A stretch of 64,000 nt of DNA, from the IMG/VR virus record IMGVR_UViG_3300048694_001005, positions 32,001-96,000 of that record; one strand, 5' to 3'. The notes beneath the pieces are model-generated. The model was not told where the DNA came from. It made no database searches and saw only the letters and a list, made by a program, of their open reading frames with translations. The translations under genes were made by a program, and so were the position numbers. Source of the DNA: a virus. Positions 44,284-56,200 of the stretch are shown piece by piece; the first letter of the stretch is position 1; every line of letters begins with the position of its first letter.

Positions 44284-47200
44284 ATGCCAATTAGAACATT
44301 AAATTTGCTACCAAAAGTCTTTCAAACAGACCACAACAAGAAGTTTTTAAACGCAACGTTGGATCAGTTAACGACTGAACCTAATTTTGCACGTTTGAAT
44401 GGGTATGTAGGTAAAAAAACTAGTCCGGCATTTATTCCTACAGACAATTATGTAATAGAGCCTGCGCTTAATAGACAGCAATATCAATTAGAGCCCAGTG
44501 TTGTGGTTAAAGAACCCAACAAGGATGCATTCATAGCCAACTACAATGACATGGTCAATGCTGTCAATTTTGCTGGCGGTGATAATATTGATCATAATAA
44601 ATTATTCGCAAACAAATACTACAGTTATGATGGTTTATTTGATTTTGATAAGTTAGTAAACTACAATCAATATTATTGGTTACCAAATGGTTTGGATCCT
44701 GTTGTAGTAAGCACAGGTGACATCGCCACAGCAGCACAGTATACCATAACTAGAGATTCTGTGGATGATGCTTATAAAATCACCGACTATGTCCAGCTAA
44801 ATCCATTGTTGGTATTGGCACGAGGCGGTACATACACTTTTACAGTTAACCAAACATCGCAGTTTTATATTCAAGCTGCACCTGGAACTGCGGGCGAATA
44901 CCCATTCCAAACTAATATTAGCGCAAGAGAAGTATACGGAGTTACTAACAATGGCGCAGATAATGGCACCGTGACATTTGTAGTGCCGCAACGTAGTGCA
45001 CAGGACTGGATACTGGATTTGCCAGAGCAGGACAGTGTTAACTATGCAACTACACTAAATTATGCACAAATCCAGGGCGCAAATTTTGACAGTTTCATTA
45101 ATACCTATGGCGGTATAGATGGAGTAAAAGATCTCAATAACAAAGTAATCGTATTTGTTAACCCCAGTAGCAATGATGCTGATTGGTATGATCCTTATAC
45201 CGATTCAATTATACCAACGGCAAAAAGAGCAAACACTTTCATTGTTAGAGTAGATACAACAGGCTCGGCGCCAACATTGCGTGTAGAGGAATATATTCTA
45301 GTTGGTGCAAACTATAAATTTAAAGTTTTGGGCGGAAATGATTATGGTTATAGATATTTCTATAAAGAACCGGTGCATCTACAACTTGAACTATTGCCAC
45401 CAGTTACAGCAAATATAGATACACTGTACTATCAGGACAGCACCAACACAAACATGTTGGGTCTTATCAAACTAATTGATACGCAAATTGATACGCCTAT
45501 CAATGTAGATACTGACATCGTTGGGCAAAAGAATTACACTAGCCCAAATAATGTTGTGTTCACAAACGGATTACGTGTGCAATTTGACACTACAGCAACT
45601 CCACCCAGTTATCAACTAAAAGAATATTATGTGGAGGGCGTGGGAGATGCAATACGTTTGGTTCCAGTCTCTGAATTAATTGTGCCGGAAACTTGGATTC
45701 CCAGTGCTGCGGTGCCCTGGGATAGTAATAAATGGGATAGCCAGCCCTGGGATCCTAATGTTAGTTTAGGACCCACACAACCAGATTACTTTACCATTAA
45801 TAGAGCTAGCCGTGATAGAAACTCATGGAGCAGAACCAACCGTTGGTTCCACATTGATGTTATTAATGCAGTAGCCGAATATAATAATTACACGCCAACT
45901 ATTGATAAAAATGCTAATGCAAAACGACCCATTATAGAATTTAACTATGATGTTCAACTTTACAATAGTGGCAGTGTATTCAAACAAGCGATAAATGCAT
46001 TTGATACGGTAACTACGGATGCATTTAGTCATGTTGAGGGCAGCAGTGGATACGCCATAGATGGCATAACATTGACCAATGGTATGTTCGTAGTTTTTGC
46101 GGCCGAGACTGATGAAAATGTAAGAAACAAAGTGTATAAGGTAAACATTGTTGATCCCAGTGGTGATGGCAGCTCTATTACACATTTAACCCTAGTTGAA
46201 CATGCTCAAGTATTAGCAAAAGAAGGGCTATTAGTACGTCAAGGCACAAACTATCAAGGAAAAATGGTTTGGTTCGATGGCACGGCCTGGCACACGGCAC
46301 AACAAAAGTTAGGAGTCAATCAGTCGCCATTGTTTGATGTATTTGACGACAGCGGAATAAGCTACAGTGATACTAGTAAATATCCTTCAACCACATTTGC
46401 CGGCAATAAGATATTCAGCTATAGGCCTGGTAATGGCAAAAACGACATTAATTTAGGATTGGCACTAACTTATAAGTCTATTGCAAATATTGGTGACATA
46501 GTTTTTGATAACAATCTTGACGCAGAAAGTTTTGCGTATACCTTAGATAATACAGTAAAAACCATACAACTATTTGATGGCAAACTACATGTAAACAATT
46601 CTTTGACCAACTACACGCAAAAAACAGTTTGGACACCGGTCTTTGAGGACAGTAAACAGTTCCAGCATTTGGAATATCTAGCTGAACAAGGACAAACAGA
46701 ATTTTTAGTGTATAGTTTTGGCGATCCCAGTAATTATGTAAACAACTTTAAACTTTTTGTCAACAACAAGTTTGTTAACTCAGATAATTATGTATTTGAA
46801 ACTATTCATGACAGAGCTTATATAATTCTAACCAGTGCTCTTAGTTTGAACGACAAAGTAGATATTTTTGTTTACGCAAGTACACAAACAATACCAAATG
46901 CCTATTACGAAATTCCTAAAAACTTAGAAGTAAATGCGTTAAATGCAGTGGCATCAACATTTACACTGGGACAACTACGTAGACATATTGGACAAATCTA
47001 TCAAAACAGTAAACAAGTAACAGGTTCGTATCTTGGCAGCAGTAATTTACGTGACTTGCCTAAAATTAAAGACATAGGTGGTACCTTACTGCAACACAGT
47101 GCAAGTGTTGTACCGGCTGCGCTATTCATGACGCATCCGGACGCTAACCTAATTGACGCCATAAACAATGCTGCTAGAGAATATACCCGCTTTAAGAATA

Positions 47201-50200
47201 AGGTACTGGACCAAGCATTAAAATTGGACCTGACAAAATCTTTAACTGTGCCACAAATGTTGGATGAAATATTGGGCACAATAAACGCGGTTAAAACCAA
47301 GGACTTTGCATGGTATTATAGTGATATGCTGGCTTATGGTGAGGACAGCGTTGAGAATGTAACGACGATCACAATTGAAAATGATGCGCAGTTAGAATAT
47401 GACCTATATACTAAATTTGACTTAACACAGCCCAGTCGGCGTGGAGTTTGTGTTTATGTTAATGACAATCAATTAGTACATGGAATTGACTATACGTTTT
47501 TAACAATTAGACCTGCGATAGCATTGACGGCCGGTACTATTGCAACGTATGATGTCCTCAAAATTGTCGAATATAATACAACTAACGGCTCATATATACC
47601 AGAAACTCCAACTAAACTAGGACTATGGCCCAGCAAGAGCCCAAGATTATACACCGATGACACATTTGTTACGGAAACTCTATGCATTGAAGGTCATGAT
47701 GGTAGTATTATACCTGCATTTGGTGATTTCCGCGATGACATTTTGTTAGAATTTGAAAAACGTATCTATAACAATTTAAAAGTACAGTGGAATTTAAACA
47801 AGTTATCAGTATTTGACGTAAAATCTGGTGCTTTCAGAACAACTGATTACAGCAGAGATCAATACAACAATATACTGTCGCAATTTTTCAATGCCTGGGC
47901 CAGCAAATATGGGCTAGATTACACTACCAACGACACATTCTTAAGTAACAACAGTTTTACATGGAATTATAAGAAGCTAAGTGATCGTGTGTTTGGAGAA
48001 CTATTACAGGGTGGTTGGCGCGCAATATTTGATCATTTCTATGATACCATGCGTCCACATACGCATCCTTGGGAAATGTTGGGTTTTGATCAAAAACCCA
48101 GCTGGTGGCAACAGCGTTATGGCGCCGCACCCTATACAAGTGGTAACTTAGTTTTGTGGGAAGATTTGCGCGATGGCAGAATATTTACTGGCGATCGTGC
48201 TGGCATAGATGCAAGATTTGCAAGACCAGATCTGCTAGATATTATACCCACGGATGAATATGGTGAATTAAGACCGCCAGTTGAAATTTTTGTTAAAGCA
48301 TTTGACAGCAGAAAAACAAAAATAAGTTGGGCATTTGGTGACATTGGCCCAGTAGAAGCTGCATGGCGTCGCAGTAGTGAATTTGCATTTGCTAGCCAAG
48401 CGGCTATGTCCGTTGCTAAACCCGCAAAATACTTTGGACTGTTTATTGATAACGACAAATACTTGTATGATGCCGCTATTAATGAATTCACATTTAATGG
48501 TTTGAACCGACGTTTACAGGTTTCTGACTACGTATTGAATAGTGAAACTGTAGATACTGAAATTGTATCCAAGGCCAGTTACCTTAATTGGATTATAGAT
48601 AGACTAAACGGCCAAGGTGTCAATGGCGTTGATAGAATAAGATCTTTGATCGACAATTTAACAGTAAATTTAACCTATGCATTTGCTGGATATACTGGCC
48701 CAGCAATGTTGAATTCTTTTGCAGAACAGGCCAGCCCTAACAGTGTGGGTAAAAGTATTTTAGTGCCGGAAGAGAATCAGTCAATAGTAATTAAAAAATC
48801 TGTGCCCTTATTGAAAATTGTTTATAGTGCAGTAATTATAGAGCGTACAGGAACTGGATTTAAAGTACAGGGTTACGATATAGCTGAACCTTATTTTACT
48901 ATTATACCTAGCCTGGCTAATAGCAACAGCACTACAATAACGGTTATGGGCAATACTGCTACGGTTTACAACGACTATGATGCAGTAAAAACTACAATTC
49001 CTTATGGCACAGAGTTTGTTAACAAACAACAAGTCGTAGATTTCCTAATCAGCTACAACAGATATTTGGTTTCGCAAGGCATACGTTTTAATGAATACGA
49101 AGGTGACTTGGGTGCAAATAGAGACTTTATACTATCGGCCCAAGAATTTTTAAACTGGAGCCAACAGGGTTGGGATAGTCAAACCGTAATAGTATTAAAC
49201 CCATTGGCTAATAAAGTATTTTTGACTAGGCCCGGATATGTAGTGGATGAAATAAACGGCAGTCAAGTAGGCGCCAGCCGTGTGTTAGATCAGAACTTTA
49301 ACTACCTACGTGATGATCAGTTTAATGTAGTACGCATCAACAACAGTTTTACAATAAATGCTGTCAATAGCAATTTGGCCTTAGTTGAAATGAATTTAGT
49401 TCAATATGAACATGCCATTGTTTACGATAACAGGACGATTTTTAATGACGTTATTTACGAACCAGAAACTGGTAATAGACAGTTACGCATCAAACTGGTA
49501 GGATACAAAACTAGAGAGTGGGACGGTTCAGTTTATGCGCCGGGATTTATTTACAACAGTACAAATGTTGACGCATGGACTGCTGGTGTTGACTACAAAG
49601 CTGGTGCGTTGGTAGAATATAAGAATCAATATTATACTGCACTAATGGATGTAGCAGCAGAGAATGTGTTTGAGTTTAATAAGTGGCAGATAATAGACAA
49701 AAATAAGATAAAGACGGGATTGCTGCCTAATTTCAGCAATCTAGCTGGTCGTAGTGAACGCTTTTATGACATAACAAATGCTAACTTTGAAAGTAGTATA
49801 GACCTATACAGTAAAGGTTTAATAGGATTTAGACCGCGCAGTTACTTAACGGAGCTGGGCATTGATGACATTAGCCAAGTGAAGTTTTACCAAGGATATA
49901 TTAGAGAAAAAGGTACCAACAGCGCATTGAATGCGTTGTTAGGCGCAAAGTTTGATAGATTTACTACCGAGATAGATGCTTATGAGAACTGGGCTATTAG
50001 AGTTGGAGAATTTGGTGCAATAGACAGCACTCAGGTATTGGAACTTGTTCTAACAGAAAATAATTTTGCGGCTAATCCCAGTTTCCTATCATTATTAAAT
50101 GATGGTGATACTGCTGAATCTGGGACAACAGGTTACAGCCCAAATGCGGTTGGTGATGGTAAGATTGTAATTGTTCCTAAGAATTACACCAAGAATCTGT

Positions 50201-53200
50201 TTTTAACAACTACGGACAAGTTAAACGTCGAGGAAGAATTACTTACGGCTGGCTATTTGAAAACAACACATGCCGATACTTTCATATTTGATCTTACTAA
50301 TATCAACGCCGATAGCCCCGCTACATTAATAGATCCTATTGGGTCTGGGCACAAAATTTGGGTAGCAAAAAAGAACAATAAGGACTGGACACTACTTAGA
50401 GCAGAACAAACGCAAGTTCAAGTTATTAACATAACTAATGCGTTAGACAACACATTGGCAGTAAAAACAAGCGATAGGCACAATCTTGCTATAAACGATT
50501 ACATTGTTATTAAGAACTTTGACATAAACTTTAACTTTATCTATCGCGTCAAAGAAATACTAGATCTTAAAACCTTCAAAGTTGATGCTAATACAACATT
50601 AACTTCTAATCTTTCTGGGTTCAACAGTTTAGATGGTACTGGTGTCTTGTACAAGTTAAGTACTGTTCGTTTCAACACAGTCTCTGACTGGGCTGCATAC
50701 ACCCCAAGAGAAGGTTGGCAAACTGATGATGTCGCAGCCATAGATCACTGGGGACCAAACTATGTGGACTGGGCAGTATTTAAGAAACGCGATATCTGGA
50801 GCAAAAATCAAACGTTAGATGCTTGGGATGCTAGCACCAATCAAAACTACGGTTCTAGTGTTGCCTTCGTGAACACGGGTGATTATATGCTTGTGGGTGC
50901 ACCAGCAGAAGGCACCGGTAAAGTTTTTGTTTACATCAAAGATAGTAATGGCCAATATCAACATTTAACATCTATTACACAAAGCACAGCCAACTTGTCC
51001 GGCTTTGGTACGACATTAACCGGCAGCAATGCAGATTATTTTGCAGTAGGTTGCCCAACCAGTGACACTAACACTGGATTTGTTTACATATACAAGATCA
51101 ACACTAGTTTAGGAACAGTGTCTTTGGTGGGTTCTGTAAAGACCGGACCCAGCACAGGTTCTTATTTAGGACAAAGTTTAAGCTTTAGTAAAGATGGCCT
51201 ATGGCTATATGTGGGCGCACCCGGTGTTAACCGAGTTTATATTTGGGGGCGTAGCTCAACAACATTTTATCAGGTTGGAACGTATATAACACCTGCTGAT
51301 ATAGGTGCTGGCGATCAATTTGGTTACAGCGTAAGTTGTAGCACCGATGGCGCACAAGTCTTAGTTGGTGCACCATTTAATGACACTGGTAGCACAGACG
51401 CCGGTGCGGTCTACATTTATGATAGAAGCATAGAATCATTTGTGGGAGATGGATCCACTACTGTTTACACTTTATTGCGCAGCCCTGATACCAATATCAA
51501 ACTGTCAACGGTTGAGGGTGTAGTTCAAACAGGCGAGACTTACACTGGCAGCGGTAACAAAACAGTTACATTCTCAACAGCGCCCGGTAACGGTAGTTTG
51601 ATAAAAATTGCTTCAAACAATTTCCAATTGTTAAAGAAATTAACCACACCCGTCACACAGTCGCAACAGCAGTTTGGCACTAGTACCGTATTATGTCCTT
51701 TTGATTGTACCGCTTATGTAGGTGCACCTTTAGTCGACAGCGCCAATAGCGTACAAAATGCTGGTGCTGTGTACAGATATACCAACATGGGACGTTTGTA
51801 TGGTAAAGCAACGGGAACAGTTACTAACCCAGCAGTAACCATAGGTCATGGTATACGAATAAATGACTTTGACGTTGTGTTTACAGGCACAAGTTTAACC
51901 AGCGTGGTCAACGATATTAACAATAAAGCTATTCCAGGTATTGGGGCCAGCGCAGTTAATAATCAATTGTATATTGAATGCGATATTGTTTTAGTGGCAG
52001 ACAAGTTAAGAATATTGCCAGGATCAGGAACTGCACTAACAGATCTTGGATTAGACGTATTTAAAAATACTCAAACTATAAGTAATCCTAATCCTATCGC
52101 TGATGATCAGTTTGGTACAGTTTTGGCTATAAGTGATGATGCGTTGAAGTTGGCGATTGGCAGTGCATTGGAAACATCTATAGAAACTACTAGCTTTGAC
52201 GGCAACACTACAACATTTGATTTAGGTAGTTTAAAGTTCGTTGATCAAGTTGGTCAAAGTGGTGCAGTGCTGGTGTACGAATATGTCAGCGATAGAATTG
52301 ATAATGACAGCTCTCCAGGTTCTTTTATATTAGATCGTTATTTAGAACCGGGCAATCTGCAGTTAGCTAATAAATTTGGCAGCAGTGTGGCTATGAATGG
52401 CAGTTATATCGCAGTAGGTGCAATAGGCGACGACAAGTTTGGCAGTAATTATGGTGCCATGTATGTGTTCGCAGCAGCTAAATCCACGGCATGGTATGTA
52501 GATGGACAAGCTGTGCCCCGGGTCAACACCGACGCAATTAATAGGCTGTTCCTATATGACAGCGTTACACATACTAAACTAGTTGATCTAGAACTAATCG
52601 ACCCAGTCAAAGTCAAAGTACCAGGTAATGCTATAAGTCAAATAGATTTTGTAGAAGATTTAGATCCTGCCGTATATGGAGATACCGCAGCTAGTATCAA
52701 TGAAATCTGGGGCAGTATGCAAGTGGGCAAGGTATGGTGGAATACCGACAAAGTTCGTTACTTAGACTATGAGCAGGGAGATTTTCAGTATCGCAGCACA
52801 CATTGGGGCGATACTTTCCCTGGCAGCGAAATTGAAATCTGTGAGTGGACACGCAGTTCAGTGCTACCTAGCTCATATGTGGCTGTGAATGGCAATAACT
52901 TTGACGGCTATCCAGTATTTGGTGATGCGCGAGTAGTAACTGAAACAAGAACTGATGCAGCAACTGGTTTAACAATGACCAATTACTACTATTGGGTACG
53001 CAGGAAAACTACGGTTAATACTAATAGTGGCAGAACTCTTACTATTTCTGCAGTTGAAGATTTAATAACAGACCCCAAAGCTCAAGGACTAGCCTATGCT
53101 GTGGTGTTGTCAAATAACAGCATTGGTCTCTACAATACAGCAACATATCTAAATGCAAGCAATACCTTGCTACATGTGGACTATGATGTACAACTTAACA

Positions 53201-56200
53201 CCGACGTTATACATGCAGAATACGACCTAGTACAGGAAAATAACCCACGCAGCCGCCCAGCAGACTCCCTGCTGAGCAAATTAATTGATAGTTTGTCTGG
53301 GCAAGATGCCATGGGTAAAGAAGTGCCGGATACTAATCTGTATGGTACATTAAAATACGGAATAGAGAACAGGCCACGTCAGGGAATGTTTGTTAATCGT
53401 TTGACGGCATTGAAAGTCATGCTGTTAAAGGTAAATGAGATCTTTAGTTCATACAAACTGGTAGAAATATATGACACAGATAGGCTCAAAATAGCTGAAC
53501 CTGCACCTAGTGCAGTAAGTGGGGCATGGGACGAGTCTGTGGCAAACTTAACTGAACTAAGTTACATCAATACCTCAACATTAACTCCTGGTTATAAAGT
53601 TCTGGTGGAAAATGACAGCAACTATTACAACGGTTGGTCAATCCATACCTACAGCGGGGGATGGTCGGTAACCAGTCATCAGTCTTACAATTTAAATAGA
53701 TTCTGGCAATATGTTGACTATGTGGCCAGCAGTTACGATGCATCCAAGCTGCCTAAATACACTGTAGAAAACAAATATGATCTGCTTAAAAATCAATATG
53801 TGTTGAATGACACAGTAAAGATCATGGACAATGGATCCGGCAGATACGAGATCATCAAATATGTAAACGATGACACTGGTAATCTAATTACTGAAACCCT
53901 AGTTTTAGAAAACGGTACAGTAAACTTTACCAATGAACTTTATACTCAAGCTTTAGTAAATGACGGCAGTACACTAAGCCAAACTTACAGTAAAGAGCTG
54001 CGTAATTTGTTTGAACTTTTGTTTAACGATCTATTCACAAATGAATTGGAAAAACATGTAAACGAATTGTTCTTTGTGGCTATACGATATATTCTACGCG
54101 AGCAGAAGAATGTGGATTGGCTGTTTAAGACCAGCTTAATAGACATCAAACACTACTTTAGAAAGCTGGAACAGCAAAGTGTTTATTTGAAAGACAATCA
54201 AACATTCTTACTAGATTACATTACAGAAACCAAACCCTATCATACCAAAATACGTGAATACTTAATCAACTATACCGGATTAGATGATTGGGCTGGAGAT
54301 CCTTCTGACTTTGATTTGCCTGCTTATTATGACGGTGATTTATCTGTATTTAGAAGTCCCAGCGGAGAAAAATCCACAGATGCTAACAAACTAGAAACAG
54401 ATTTGCATTATAGAATGTGGAATCTTAACCATGGGTATGGTGTTGATAGTGTAATGATAGAAAACGCAGGTGTGAATTACCTTGTAGCACCAGATATCAA
54501 TATCATTGCTGCGACGGGAGACACGGGTAGTGGTGCCAAAGCTTATGCATTGGTAAGCGGTGGCAAATTACGTGAAATTATTGTGACAGATCCTGGCAAA
54601 AATTATACAAAGACACCTACTGTAGAAGTTGTTGCAAATGATTCGGGCACTAGCGGCAAACTATATGCTCAGTTGGGTAACAAAACCATTAGGAAATGGA
54701 ACACTACAATACGCTTTGATCGTTATACCTATGGCACCGCAGTTCTTACTTGGGCAGCAAGTACATATTATCTGCAGGGTCAATACATAGCACACAATCA
54801 TGTTTTATATAAAGTAGAAGTAGCTGACGGTAGCAGTGCAGGCTTTACCAGTAGCACAACTTTTGACACCGATAACTTGGTGAAAATTTCCAATCAAGAT
54901 TTGGCTGCTTTGATGGATGGCGACTTTGGCAGTGCTAATGACAGGATAACTGCATACTACCAGCCTCGTGATGGCATGCCGGGACAGGATCTCGCTCAGG
55001 TACAAACTGGTATTGATTATCCTGGCGTAATAGTGGATGCACAAAACTTTACCGATTTGCCAACCAACTATCCTACAATTGCCAGCGGATTAGATGACAC
55101 AGTTATTACTAGCCAGTTTACAGATACTGATCTAGGCACTAGGGCAGAGGATATTCTAGTTGATGGTAAAGCATTTATAGACGTTTACTCTAGCCATGCA
55201 CCACAAGAATTAATTCCCGGTAGAATGTATGACACTCTGAATATGCAAGTGCATACAGTGCCGCGTACTGATTACAATTACATAATAAAAACGTGGGCAG
55301 CTTATAGCTATTACGCCAAAGGTGATTACATAAAATACGGTACACAGTTATATCAAGCTCTGTTTGCATATACAACTGGTGCTGCATTTTCAATATATGG
55401 GCCAGATGGCAGCACTATTGCATTAACAGCTCGCGATCCATTAACTGCTGGGGCCGGACCAGAAATAACTAACCTAAGCTTTACTGCTGACGGAACTACT
55501 ACCCAGTTCAGTTTCCGTGAAGTTGGACACAGTGATGATGTATTGTTTGTGTATACAAAAAATCGCGGATTACAAAAAGAGAACACAGATTTTACAGTTA
55601 ACTACAATGATAAATCAATCAATTTTGCTATCGCACCATTAGCTAACGAAACAGTGTTTATATCGGTACAAAGTCATGGTGGTAACTTCTTGTTGTATGA
55701 TAAGACTTACCAAATTCTAGCAGCTACAACACAAATAATTCTGCCAACTTATGATAACTTGGTACAGGATCTACTAGTTTTTGTTAACGGTCAACGTGTA
55801 TTTGAAGGCACAGCATCAAATCAGTTTACACATGCGGTAAGCAACAATCTGTACAATATACAGTTTAACACGGCATTGGTGTCTGGTGACTATGTGCATG
55901 TTTATGTCTATAGTCAACCACAAACCTATAGAGAAATACACAATACATACCAGAGTTTTGACACGCTACCATCAGTTAGCTATCCAACTGACTATACAAT
56001 AACCTTAGACAGACCACTGAAAACCAGTGGGCCCTATCATGCCAATATTATAGTGTTAGTTAATAATAACAGACTGCGTACACCAGAAAATACCTATCTG
56101 ACCGGCGATGGCAGCACTATAACATTTACGCCCAACTATGTAGCAGACATCAATGGTGCCACGGTGGACGGAAACGACATAGAAGTATATGTAAATGGAC